A stretch of DNA of 64,000 bases, from NCBI GenBank assembly GCA_043778255.1, contig JAYWGN010000054.1, forward strand, positions 73,613 to 137,612, in the 5' to 3' direction. The position numbers were made by a program, and so were the translations under genes. The notes below the pieces were generated by a model. It had not been told where the DNA came from, made no database searches, and saw only the letters and a program-made list of their open reading frames with translations. The stretch is from Chitinophagaceae bacterium (GTDB lineage: Bacteria > Bacteroidota > Bacteroidia > Chitinophagales > Chitinophagaceae). This document shows positions 50,119-59,793 of the stretch, piece by piece (positions within the stretch are counted from its first letter, which is position 1; every line of letters starts with the position of its first letter).

Positions 50119-50787
50119 ATGCAAAAGTATGTAATAATAGCTGCTGGTGGTGTGGGTACACGAATGCAAAGCACTATACCCAAACAATTTTTGTTAGTAC
50201 ACAGCAAGCCGGTACTGTATTATACCATTTTACAATTTGTAAATGCCTATGCTGACATTACTATTATTTTGGCTGTGCCAAAAAATTATATTGAAAGTGT
50301 AAAAGAATTGGTAACCAATTACTTTGCATCAATTGAAATACAAATAGTAGAGGGTGGTGCTACTCGTTACCAATCGGTGAGTAATGCCTTACAGCAAATT
50401 AACATTGACGATGCCGTAATATTTGTACACGATGCTGCTCGGTGTATGGTAAGTGTGGCACTTATACAACACTGCTATGAGCAAACCTTAATTAATGGCA
50501 ATGCCATACCTTGTATAACCCCAACCGATAGTGTACGATTGGTGGAGGTAAATGAAAATAAATATGTAGATAGAAATGTAATTAAATTGATACAAACTCC
50601 ACAAACCTTTATGGCAGCCGATTTAAAGGAGGCATTTGCACTTACCTACAAAGTATCATTTACCGATGAAGCAAGTGTGGCCGAAAATGCAGGTATTAAA
50701 ATAAACCTTGTACAAGGTGAGGTGAATAATATTAAAATTACTACCCCTATTGATTTGCAGTTAGCTAATTTATTATTACACCCATAA
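50119..50787 (+). CDS. ispD: 2-C-methyl-D-erythritol 4-phosphate cytidylyltransferase
   Basis: Start moved to ATG 50119 (MQKYVIIAAGGVGTRMQSTIPKQF); IspD-like fold. Confidence 0.8.
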   Translation: MQKYVIIAAGGVGTRMQSTIPKQFLLVHSKPVLYYTILQFVNAYADITIILAVPKNYIESVKELVTNYFASIEIQIVEGGATRYQSVSNALQQINIDDAVIFVHDAARCMVSVALIQHCYEQTLINGNAIPCITPTDSVRLVEVNENKYVDRNVIKLIQTPQTFMAADLKEAFALTYKVSFTDEASVAENAGIKINLVQGEVNNIKITTPIDLQLANLLLHP

Positions 50788-50849
50788 AAAAATAAACCAA
50801 CTATTGTACAAAGTTGGTTCTAGTTATATTTATGATAGAAGTAGTGATA

Positions 50850-51374
50850 TTACATAGCCATTTCAAAATCTAAATTTAAGTTGCTTCTATACACTTCCAT
50901 ACTTTTATAGTTAAGTGTTATTATAATATACACCAACTCTAATAATGTAATAGTTCCGTAGTTTTTGTGGTGTACACAATATTTGTTAAAATAATCAAGG
51001 TTGTATTTAGCAATATAACACACCATATTTCTTTTGGCTTTACGTGTTGCTTTTTTAAATTTTTTACTTCCTAAATTCTCTGAGTTATTTACAATAGTAT
51101 CTAAAAAATTACGACTTACCATAGCTGTTACAATATCATAATTTCTACTTGTAGCCACATTCCTTTTTAGTGAAAACAATTTATAAAAAATATTGCCAAA
51201 TGCTTTATTACACAATTGATAGTTGTAATACATCATTTTATTGTATTTATTAATTTGCTCAGCTCTCTCATTTACCCTACTACTATTAACCATTACTGGT
51301 TCATCGTAAAACGATGAAAAGTTTTTAAAACTGTCATATACTGATATTATTAAATCGTCCTTTTGAGTTTGCAT
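50850..51374 (-). CDS. Hypothetical protein (orphan, very AT-rich, Asn/Lys/Tyr-rich)
   Basis: 174-aa ORF 20 nt downstream of purL on the same strand; no recognisable motif. Confidence 0.4.
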   Translation of the reverse strand: MQTQKDDLIISVYDSFKNFSSFYDEPVMVNSSRVNERAEQINKYNKMMYYNYQLCNKAFGNIFYKLFSLKRNVATSRNYDIVTAMVSRNFLDTIVNNSENLGSKKFKKATRKAKRNMVCYIAKYNLDYFNKYCVHHKNYGTITLLELVYIIITLNYKSMEVYRSNLNLDFEMAM

Positions 51375-51394
51375 AATACTTATTTGTTATTATA

Positions 51395-53611
51395 TTAACC
51401 TATCTTTTTTTTATTTATTATATTTTCTATGGCATTATTATATTTGGTGTGCCAATAGTTTATTTCATTGCAAAGGTCATTGTTAATAGTAATATTTCCA
51501 TTAGTGATATTGCCTAATTTTTTACTATGTAATTTTTCGGTTAGTTTTTCAAATTCCGCAATTTTGCTTGGGTTTATACTAAGTACATATCGTCCTTGGC
51601 TTTCGCCAAATAAATAGGCATCGGTTCTAAATGCTTTGTCAGTATGTATTTGAAACCCTAATTGGTTAGTAAAACTACTTTCGAGTAGGCAAGTAAACAA
51701 ACCTCCCTCACTTATATCATTTACACTATTTACAAGTTTATTGGTTATTAATTGTTGTACTATTTGCATTGTGTTGTACTCTTCATCCAAATTAAAGTAG
51801 GGAGCAGGGCTATGTTCCACTCCACATAATTTACTTAGGTACTGGCTACTATTTACATCATTTTTGGCAACGCCTAACATATATATAGCGTCGCCAACAT
51901 TTTTAAAATGTAAGGTCATTTTATTAGTAGCATCGTCCAACAAACCTACCATACCTATAGTTGGTGTTGGGTACACTGGGCCACCATCGGCTGATTGGTT
52001 GTAAAAGCTAACGTTACCTCCAGTAACGGGTGTATCAAATTTTCGGCAAGCATCGCCCATACCCTTTATGGCTTCTACAAATTGGTAATACACCTCTTGG
52101 TTGTAAGGGTTGCCAAAGTTAAGGCAATTGGTAACGCCCAATGGCACACCACCACTGCATACTATATTACGGGCAGCTTCGGCCACGGCTATTTGTGTAC
52201 CTATGTAGGGGTTAGCATATACATACCTACTATTACAATCGGTGGTTATAGCAAGGGCTTTAGTAGTGCCTTTTACTAATACTACAGCAGCTGCACTTGG
52301 TGCATTGGTATTAGTGTTGCCAGTACCTACCATACTATCGTATTGGTTATATAGGTAGTTTTTGCTAGCTATGCTTGGTAGTGTAATTAGTTGCTCCGCT
52401 ACCTCCATTAGGTTGGTAGGTTCGGGTAGGGTAGTAAGGTTAAATGCATTTAACTGTGTTAAGTAAGTTGGCTCTTTGTACTCCCTAGTATATACAGGTG
52501 CACCGCCACCCAATACCAATTCAAAGGCTGGTACACTGGCTTCTAATACACCATTCATATAAAAATTAAGAAGCCCATCTTCCGTTACACGCCCAATATC
52601 GCTACAAGGCAAATCCCATTTTTCAAATATGGAAAGTACCTCAGCTTCTTTACCTTTTTGTACTACCATGAGCATTCGTTCTTGGCTTTCGCTAAGTAGT
52701 ATTTCCCAGGTTTTCATACCTTGTTGGCGGGTAGGTACTTTATCCAAATTAATGTGCATACCTACGCCACCTTTCTCACTCATTTCGGCGGTACTACATA
52801 TTATACCAGCCGCACCCATATCCTGCATACCTACTACTGCACCAGTTTTTATTACTTCGAGGCAAGCCTCCAAAAGTTTTTTTTCCTGAAAGGGATCACC
52901 CACTTGTACTGCTGGCAACTCCTGTACACTTTCGCTATTAATATCGGCACTTGCAAAGCTAGCACCACCAATACCATCTTTACCAGTGGCACTACCCACA
53001 AAAAATACGGGATTACCCACACCTTTGGCGGTAGCCGATATGGTTTTACCATTTTCTACTATACCAACACTCATTGCATTTACCAAAGGGTTAGTATGGT
53101 AGCACTCATCAAAGTACACTTCGCCACCAACAGTAGGCACACCAAAGCAATTGCCATAGTGCCCTATGCCTTTTACTACACCTTTAAGTAAGTGTTGGGT
53201 TTTGGGTTCGTGTAAGTTTCCAAATCGTAAACTATTAAGTGCTGCAATTGGCCTTGCACCCATCGTAAATATATCTCTGTGTATGCCACCTACACCAGTA
53301 GCAGCACCTTGAAAAGGCTCAAGGGCACTTGGGTGGTTATGGCTTTCTATTTTAAATACTACACCCAATCCATCACCAATATCCATAAGTCCTGCATTTT
53401 CATCACCAGCTTTTACCAACATTCTTGCCCCATCTCTTGGCAATGTTTTTAGCCATTTTATGCTGTTTTTATAACTACAATGCTCACTCCACATGGCACT
53501 AAATGCACATAGTTCGTTAAAGTTGGGGGTACGGCCAAGTTTGGTTTTTATTAGTTCAAATTCGTCGGCTGTTAATCTAAGTTGTTCGGCAGTAGTTACG
53601 GTTATTTCCAT
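51395..53611 (-). CDS. purL: Phosphoribosylformylglycinamidine synthase subunit PurL
   Basis: 738 aa; tandem AIRS/PurM-like domains, typical large-PurL architecture. Confidence 0.9.
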   Translation of the reverse strand: MEITVTTAEQLRLTADEFELIKTKLGRTPNFNELCAFSAMWSEHCSYKNSIKWLKTLPRDGARMLVKAGDENAGLMDIGDGLGVVFKIESHNHPSALEPFQGAATGVGGIHRDIFTMGARPIAALNSLRFGNLHEPKTQHLLKGVVKGIGHYGNCFGVPTVGGEVYFDECYHTNPLVNAMSVGIVENGKTISATAKGVGNPVFFVGSATGKDGIGGASFASADINSESVQELPAVQVGDPFQEKKLLEACLEVIKTGAVVGMQDMGAAGIICSTAEMSEKGGVGMHINLDKVPTRQQGMKTWEILLSESQERMLMVVQKGKEAEVLSIFEKWDLPCSDIGRVTEDGLLNFYMNGVLEASVPAFELVLGGGAPVYTREYKEPTYLTQLNAFNLTTLPEPTNLMEVAEQLITLPSIASKNYLYNQYDSMVGTGNTNTNAPSAAAVVLVKGTTKALAITTDCNSRYVYANPYIGTQIAVAEAARNIVCSGGVPLGVTNCLNFGNPYNQEVYYQFVEAIKGMGDACRKFDTPVTGGNVSFYNQSADGGPVYPTPTIGMVGLLDDATNKMTLHFKNVGDAIYMLGVAKNDVNSSQYLSKLCGVEHSPAPYFNLDEEYNTMQIVQQLITNKLVNSVNDISEGGLFTCLLESSFTNQLGFQIHTDKAFRTDAYLFGESQGRYVLSINPSKIAEFEKLTEKLHSKKLGNITNGNITINNDLCNEINYWHTKYNNAIENIINKKKIG

Positions 53612-53784
53612 TGTAAATGTTAAGTGTATAACAAAGGTAATTAAGTATAAAAAAATAGTTGTTATAATTTAGTAACATTTACAGTAAAGTTTTACATTCC
53701 CATTATTTTCAATTGGTTTAGTATTGTTTCATTTTTTTTGCTTATTTTCATTTTTTTATAAATTTTTTAAAAATTAACATTGCC

Positions 53785-55713
53785 ATGTCAACCAAACAGC
53801 CAACCAACTATGGGGCTTTAAGTACTCTTGTAACCGTATTCTTTTTTTGGGGATTTATAGCAGCAGGTAACAGTGTGTTTATCCCTTTTTGCAAACACAA
53901 ATTTGATTTAGATCAGTTTCAAAGTCAGCTAGTTGATACTGCCTTTTATTTTGCTTATTTTATTGGTGCATTAGTATTGTTTGCTGTAGGTGCATCCAAA
54001 GGTAACGACCCAGTTGCAAAGTGGGGTTTTAAAAAGAGTATAGTGTACGGTTTGTTATTTTCGGCATTTGGTGCTGCCATTATGATAATAGCTGTAAACC
54101 TTGGTACTTTTCCGGGTATGTTAGCAGGTCTATTTGTAGTAGCATTGGGGTTTAGTTTGCAACAAACAGCTGCACAGCCTTTTTCCATAGCTTTAGGCGA
54201 CCCTAGTACAGGCACAAGCCGAGTTACATTGGGCGGTGCTATTAACTCATTTGGTACTACCATTGGGCCGTTAGTTGTAGGTATTGCTTTATTTGGTACT
54301 ACTGCTGCCATTACCGACGAAAAAATTGCTACCCTTAGCCTTAGTAAAGTAATATTATTATACAGTTGTGTTGGTGCATTATTTATTGGTGCAGCTATTA
54401 TGTTTTACAGCAGCAAAAAAGTACCAAGTGGTATAAGTAACGAAAAAACAGAACCTGCCAACAAAGCATTATACACCTTGTTAATGATGACAGGGTTACT
54501 AGCTATAATGTTTGTTCCGGTATTTAAAAGTTATACATCAACTGAGGCAAACAAAATGGATAGGTTAGAAAAATTAAACGGAGCTATATCAAAAAATATT
54601 GATTCGGTACTCAAAGTAACCTTACAACCACAAGGAAAAGATACTGCATTTGTAAAAGGTTTTTTAAAAGATAAAAAAGAAACCGTAATAGTAGCACAAC
54701 TAGACTCTTTAAACAAAGCTTATGCCTCTAATGCTACAGCAGTAGCTAACCTTGGTAGCATAACATCAAATAGAGCCACAATTACCTCAACAGAAAAAGA
54801 AATACAAACATTAAAATATCCACTTGAAAGTTATAGATTAAAATGGTTGTTAGGAGCATTTGGTATAGTGGTATTGGGTTTGGTATTTGCTAATAGGGCA
54901 GCACAAAAGGTAGAAACAGGGTGGGGCGCCATGAAATATCCACAGTTAGTATTGGGCATGTTAGGCATATTCTTTTATGTAGGTGTAGAGGTTACAGTAG
55001 GCAGCAACCTTACCGAATTATTAAAGCACGAAGGCTTTGGGCAACTCACCTCATCACAAGCCACACCTTATGTAGCTATGTATTGGGGTAGCTTAATGAT
55101 AGGGCGTTGGGCAGGTGCCGTAGGTGCATTTGGCTTTAGCAAACAAAAGCGAATTATACTACAATTAATAGTGCCATTTATTGCCTTTGCCATATTAATA
55201 GCGGTTAACAGTGCATTTGGGTACGATATGCAAAAACTATACTGGTATGTAGCTTGTGTAGTAATTCAAATAGGTGCATTTTTTGTGAGTAACGAAAAGC
55301 CAGCAAGAACATTACTCATATTTTCGTTGCTAGGCGTAGCTGCTATGGTAGTGGGTACCTTAACTACCGGTACAGTAGCCATTTATGCATTTTTAAGTGG
55401 TGGTTTATTTTGCTCTATTATGTGGCCATGTATATTTAGTTTATCAGTAGCTGGCTTAGGCAAATACACAACACAAGGTTCGGCTTTTTTAATAATGATG
55501 ATATTAGGTGGCGGCATTATACCTCCTATACAAGGCAAGGTGGCGGATTACTTACAAGCAAGTTCCACAGTTGATGGCTACGGCATACATGCCTCTTATT
55601 GGATTGCCGCTGCTTGTTACGCCTACTTAGCCTTTTTTGCTTACATAGTAAAAGGAATATTAAGTAAGCAAGGCGTTAATTATGACGTAAGCAGCGATGC
55701 AGCAGGACACTAA
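53785..55713 (+). CDS. MFS transporter of the FucP / glucose-galactose permease type with a ~110-aa hydrophilic central insertion
   Basis: 642 aa; 12 TM helices in two 6-TM halves separated by a soluble segment (~aa 250-360); followed by a ROK kinase. Confidence 0.65.
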   Translation: MSTKQPTNYGALSTLVTVFFFWGFIAAGNSVFIPFCKHKFDLDQFQSQLVDTAFYFAYFIGALVLFAVGASKGNDPVAKWGFKKSIVYGLLFSAFGAAIMIIAVNLGTFPGMLAGLFVVALGFSLQQTAAQPFSIALGDPSTGTSRVTLGGAINSFGTTIGPLVVGIALFGTTAAITDEKIATLSLSKVILLYSCVGALFIGAAIMFYSSKKVPSGISNEKTEPANKALYTLLMMTGLLAIMFVPVFKSYTSTEANKMDRLEKLNGAISKNIDSVLKVTLQPQGKDTAFVKGFLKDKKETVIVAQLDSLNKAYASNATAVANLGSITSNRATITSTEKEIQTLKYPLESYRLKWLLGAFGIVVLGLVFANRAAQKVETGWGAMKYPQLVLGMLGIFFYVGVEVTVGSNLTELLKHEGFGQLTSSQATPYVAMYWGSLMIGRWAGAVGAFGFSKQKRIILQLIVPFIAFAILIAVNSAFGYDMQKLYWYVACVVIQIGAFFVSNEKPARTLLIFSLLGVAAMVVGTLTTGTVAIYAFLSGGLFCSIMWPCIFSLSVAGLGKYTTQGSAFLIMMILGGGIIPPIQGKVADYLQASSTVDGYGIHASYWIAAACYAYLAFFAYIVKGILSKQGVNYDVSSDAAGH

Positions 55714-55772
55714 ATAATAATTTTTAATGTTCAATTAATATTTGTCAATTATTAGTTGTTAAATATAGCCGT

Positions 55773-56741
55773 ATGAAACAAAAATTAGCAATAGGAATAG
55801 ATATTGGTGGCACTACCACCAAATTTGGGGTGGTTGATACTAATGGTGCTATATTGGTACAGGATAGAATACCCACCAACATACACGAAGAAGTAGGTGA
55901 ATTTATAGAAGACCTATACCCTAAATTAATGCCCTTAATTACTGCTTATGGCGGCGTTACCAAATTTGTAGGTATTGGTATAGGTGCACCTAATGGCAAT
56001 TACTATAAAGGTACTATTGAGTATGCTCCAAACCTAAAGTGGAAGGGCATTATACCTATTGCAGAGTTAATACAAAAACGATTTGAGCTTACTACCAAAC
56101 TTACTAACGATGCCAATGCAGCCGCCGTTGGCGAAATGATGTATGGTGCAGCCAAAGGTATGCAGGATTTTATAACCATAACCTTAGGCACAGGTGTAGG
56201 TAGCGGTATAGTTACCAATGGCAAAGTTATATATGGACACGATGGCTTTGCTGGCGAACTTGGGCATACTATTATAAGGCCAGGTGGCCGTATGCACAAA
56301 GGTACTGGTATGCGAGGCAGCTTAGAGGCTTATGCAAGTGCCACAGGTGTACGAGAAACCGCCATAGAATTACTAACCGATTACCCCGAAAAGGAAAGCC
56401 TACTCCGCAACTACACCATTAACGACCTTACCAGTGAAAGTGTGTATGAGTGTGCCATGCAAGGCGATAATATAGCCAACGAAATATTTGAATACACAGG
56501 GCAAATATTGGGCGAATCGTTAGCCAACTTTATAATGTTTAGCAGCCCCGAGGCAATTGTATTATTTGGCGGACTTACCAAGGCTGGCGACTTGCTACTT
56601 AACCCAACACGGAAGCACATGGAGCTAAATTTGTTACCCATATTTCAAAATAAAATAAAGCTACTGTACAGCCAATTGCAAGAAGCCGATGCAGCTATAC
56701 TAGGAGCAAGTGCATTGGTATGGAAACATAGCTCGTTGTAG
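55773..56741 (+). CDS. ROK-family sugar kinase (glucokinase / N-acetylglucosamine kinase-like)
   Basis: 322 aa; N-terminal IGIDIGGTTTKFGVVD ATP-binding motif; ROK family signature. Confidence 0.8.
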   Translation: MKQKLAIGIDIGGTTTKFGVVDTNGAILVQDRIPTNIHEEVGEFIEDLYPKLMPLITAYGGVTKFVGIGIGAPNGNYYKGTIEYAPNLKWKGIIPIAELIQKRFELTTKLTNDANAAAVGEMMYGAAKGMQDFITITLGTGVGSGIVTNGKVIYGHDGFAGELGHTIIRPGGRMHKGTGMRGSLEAYASATGVRETAIELLTDYPEKESLLRNYTINDLTSESVYECAMQGDNIANEIFEYTGQILGESLANFIMFSSPEAIVLFGGLTKAGDLLLNPTRKHMELNLLPIFQNKIKLLYSQLQEADAAILGASALVWKHSSL

Positions 56742-57175
56742 TACTTGAGAGTAAACTTATATTTAAAATACTCCAACTTCAAATTTATAAGTGCCCTGAT
56801 TAGTGGAGTAAGAACACACTTGCCTCACTTGTATTAGTTATATAAAAATCTATTAAGTTTTAATTATTAATATTGTCCCGAGTATTCGGGATTATTAATT
56901 ATTCACTATTAATTATTAATTATTTTGGGGCTATAAGCAGCAAACCTTTATGCAGCTTATGTTCACCGCCCATTACATAAACCTACAGCCTTCGGCTTAG
57001 TAGGTGTTATTCCATTAAGCGGTGCAGCCAGTGGGCAGTATAATTTCAATTAAGCTTTTTGGTTTCAGTAATATTTAGTTTGTTACTATAAAACAAATTA
57101 TACGAAATTTCCAGCCTCGCCATTGTTGGAATGTCGAAGCCTTCCAACAACAATAAAACAAGTTTCAATTAGATA

Positions 57176-57242
57176 TTCCGTCTCGGTAGGGTCTTGTGGT
57201 TTACCGGATTTGGCGGTACAGGCTTCGCCCAAGACCCTACCG
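57176..57242. repeat. R1 repeat element copy A (31 bp, ttccgtctcggtagggtcttgtggtttaccg) embedded in a nested hairpin
   Basis: Outer 13-bp perfect inverted repeat cggtagggtcttg / caagaccctaccg, with an inner TACCG/CGGTA stem. A second copy of the 31-mer (3 mismatches) lies at 58403-58433, with a partial third copy at 58388-58404. Confidence 0.75.
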
Positions 57243-57373
57243 TAAAGTTAACTTTGCTTATTTTAATTGAATAAAATTAGTAATTTTAATTATAAAAAGA
57301 TTTAAGTGATAAACGTTAGGGTCTCGGCAAGAACCGAAGAACCAACGGAACAAAAGTAATTTTTAAGAAGTGG

Positions 57374-57404
57374 GCAGAGCCCAGCACTAGAGTTACTTTT
57401 TTCA
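57374..57404. repeat. R2 repeat element copy A (gcagagcccagcactagagttacttttttca); second copy at 59193-59223
   Basis: 31-bp near-identical sequences (3 mismatches) flanking the TA/XRE/ORF6N gene block. Confidence 0.75.
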
Positions 57405-57442
57405 TAGACCAGCGGCAGTAGAATCTTTTTTTATGTGTAAGG

Positions 57443-57700
57443 TTAGTAATGATTTTGGCAGGCAATTATTTTAATGTAAGCATCTGCAACACGATATACT
57501 AGTCGATGTTCGTCATTTATGCGTCTGCTCCAATAACCTTTAAGGTCGTGTTTTAGAGCTTCGGGTTTGCCAATGCCATCAAACGGAGTACGAGCCGTTT
57601 CAATAATTAATTTTTGTAATCGTTGGTATAGTTTTTTATCAATAACAAGCCATTGGTTATACTGTTCAAAAGCGATAGGCGTAAATTGTATATCCAGCAT
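57443..57700 (-). CDS. yoeB: YoeB/Txe-family toxin (mRNA interferase)
   Basis: 85 aa; ...ARTPFDGIGKPEALKHDLKGYWSRRINDEHRLVYRV...IIACQNHY matches YoeB almost position by position. Confidence 0.85.
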   Translation of the reverse strand: MLDIQFTPIAFEQYNQWLVIDKKLYQRLQKLIIETARTPFDGIGKPEALKHDLKGYWSRRINDEHRLVYRVADAYIKIIACQNHY

Positions 57701-57921
57701 TATTCGGTAATATTAGCAGTAATAGACTTTCCATTTTTATCTTGCTCTATAGATTGTAAAAGCATTGCTTTATTAGCAGGATTAGCCATTAAAAAAGCCG
57801 TTTCATCGTCTTCCACTTCAATGGTAAGTTTAATTGGTTTAGATTTAAAAGCGGCTTTAATTGCATCAATAACATCAGTGTTTATTTCTTGCGCCGAAGC
57901 TAAATGATAAGTAGTGTACAT
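57700..57921 (-). CDS. yefM: YefM/Phd-family antitoxin
   Basis: 73-aa acidic protein immediately upstream of yoeB, stop overlapping the toxin start by 1 nt. Confidence 0.75.
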   Translation of the reverse strand: MYTTYHLASAQEINTDVIDAIKAAFKSKPIKLTIEVEDDETAFLMANPANKAMLLQSIEQDKNGKSITANITE

Positions 57922-57933
57922 AATATAAATTTT

Positions 57934-58269
57934 TTAATGATCGTATGCTTGTTTTGTTTTATGGTCTGTAACAATAGTATCCAAAAAGTTGTCAACTGCT
58001 TTTTTAGTATCTCCTGAAAGTTGTTGAAAAACTTCAAATTTTTTCAATAATTCTTTGTCTTTAATTTCTATATTATTATCGTTTAATAAATAGTTGGAAG
58101 AAACCCCAAGTGCATCCGCAATTAATTTAAACGCATCGGCTGGCGGCATAGAAGAACCCAGTTTGTATCGAGACAAAATTTTTAAATTAACCGTAGATTT
58201 TTCTGCAAGGTTTTTTTGCGATAATTCCTTTCTTTGCCTAGTCAATCTAATTTTTTCTGCAATAGTCAT
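57934..58269 (-). CDS. XRE-family helix-turn-helix transcriptional regulator
   Basis: 111 aa; HTH LSQKNLAEKSTVNLKILSRYKLG; heads the minus-strand three-gene block. Confidence 0.8.
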   Translation of the reverse strand: MTIAEKIRLTRQRKELSQKNLAEKSTVNLKILSRYKLGSSMPPADAFKLIADALGVSSNYLLNDNNIEIKDKELLKKFEVFQQLSGDTKKAVDNFLDTIVTDHKTKQAYDH

Positions 58270-58402
58270 AATATGGAATTTTAGGTGTTATTTATCCAAC
58301 AACTGCGACTAATAAGACAAAGTTAAGAAGATATGCATAATTAATTCTCAAAAATAGGAGTAATTAACACCCAAATATTACACTTTTCGTCTCAGTGGGG
58401 TT

Positions 58403-58433
58403 TTCCGTCTCAGTGGGGTCTTGTGATTTACCG
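58403..58433. repeat. R1 repeat element copy B (ttccgtctcagtggggtcttgtgatttaccg) plus an adjacent partial copy at 58388-58404
   Basis: See copy A; here only the left arm is present, and duplicated. Confidence 0.7.
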
Positions 58434-58585
58434 CATTATGCAGTAACCCGAAGATTCCAAAGAACCAGAAAATTTTAAAAGAAGACTTTAAAAACTATTA
58501 TCCATTTTAAGTTTTATCTTCATAAGATTAAAACAATTGAAATGGCTAAAAAGAATTACCTGTATTAATAGTATAGCAAAGAATA

Positions 58586-59098
58586 TTGAATAAAATATTT
58601 ATCTTACATGGTGATAAAGTAATATTTGATAGAGATTTAGCAGAAATGTATGGAGTTTCTACTAAAGTTTTTAATCAAGCTGTTAAAAGAAATATAGAAC
58701 GATTTCCTAAAGACTTTATGTTTACAGTAAGTGAAAAAGAATGGGACAACTTGAGGTCACAAATTGTGACCTCAAGTTGGGGTGGTGCAAGATATCGTCC
58801 AAATGTGTTTACTGAACAAGGCGTAGCTATGTTATCCAGCATTTTAAATAGTGCTATTGCAATTCAAGTAAATATAAGTATTATACGAGTGGTTACCAAA
58901 ATGCGGGAATATGCCTCAACGCATAAAGATATTTTAATAAAACTTGCCAAACTTGAAAAAGAGGTAAGTAATAATAGCAATAATTCACAAAAGAACAGCC
59001 AAGACATTGAAAGTATATTTATGGTATTAAAAGAGCTATTAGAAAAAGGCAGTAAACCAGTAGCAAGAAATAAAATTGGGTTTAAACTTTACGATTAA
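58586..59098 (+). CDS. ORF6N-domain (KilA-N-like) protein
   Basis: 170 aa (TTG start in the ORF track). N-terminal ...DRDLAEMYGVSTKVFNQAVKRNIERFPKDFMF...VTSSWGGARYRPNVFTEQGVAMLSSIL is typical of ORF6N proteins found in Bacteroidetes mobile elements and phages. Confidence 0.7.
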   Translation: MNKIFILHGDKVIFDRDLAEMYGVSTKVFNQAVKRNIERFPKDFMFTVSEKEWDNLRSQIVTSSWGGARYRPNVFTEQGVAMLSSILNSAIAIQVNISIIRVVTKMREYASTHKDILIKLAKLEKEVSNNSNNSQKNSQDIESIFMVLKELLEKGSKPVARNKIGFKLYD

Positions 59099-59192
59099 TT
59101 CAATTTAAAAATCGGTAACAATTAGTCCATAATAGTGCTTACTTTCAAATACTGTATAAGTAGTACAGTCAAGTACAATTTTTACAAACTAA

Positions 59193-59223
59193 GCAGAGCC
59201 CAGCAGGAGTGTTACTTTTTTCA
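59193..59223. repeat. R2 repeat element copy B (gcagagcccagcaggagtgttacttttttca)
   Basis: See copy A at 57374-57404. Confidence 0.7.
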
Positions 59224-59307
59224 AAAGCTAAAAAAAATGGGTTTAAGTAAAACAATTTGATTTAAAACTTCAAGAATGTACTTTCACTTTTTTAAAAACT
59301 AACTAAC

Positions 59308-59793
59308 ATGAAATTTTTATTATTTTTATTTACGACCATTTTATTAAGTTGTGCTAACAATACTGACGGTTTAATTGGCTCAGTTAATGATAAAAGTAAA
59401 GCAATTAAAGATGGCTTTTACGTTTGTGATTATGTACCAAGCAAAAAAGTCTTTAAATTGCTTGATGGAAATATTTTAGTAATTGACACGGCTTGGGCTG
59501 AATGTAATTTTTACTTAAAGAGTGGTAAAAAAATTATAAATGCCAATTTGGGGTATGTAATAAATATTCCATACAACACGTCTATTAAAAATAAATATGC
59601 TATTGACTTTGTGTTAGCTAATAAAAATAATCAAATGTTTTCTCATCCATTTGGTACTTATTTTATTGGCTTATGCCCCAAGAAGTTAGATAAATACATT
59701 GCAGTTATTTTAGTTGAAAGAAATCCAGACTCTACTTTAGGATGGAAAGAACCCATAACAACTGATACATTTTATCTTAAAAAAATGAATTAG
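59308..59793 (+). CDS. Hypothetical lipoprotein
   Basis: 161 aa; lipoprotein signal MKFLLFLFTTILLSC. Confidence 0.5.
   Translation: MKFLLFLFTTILLSCANNTDGLIGSVNDKSKAIKDGFYVCDYVPSKKVFKLLDGNILVIDTAWAECNFYLKSGKKIINANLGYVINIPYNTSIKNKYAIDFVLANKNNQMFSHPFGTYFIGLCPKKLDKYIAVILVERNPDSTLGWKEPITTDTFYLKKMN

Noticed and set aside
56934-57300. tmRNA (the region begins ggggct, like the tmRNA 5' end)
   Set aside because: No tRNA-like 3' domain (GGTTCGA...CCACCA-type T-arm and acceptor) and no tag-peptide reading frame are found.
57171-59225. Integron attC sites for the R1/R2 repeats
   Set aside because: No GTTRRRY core or R''/L'' organisation is present, and there is no intI gene; the repeats are kept as unclassified elements.
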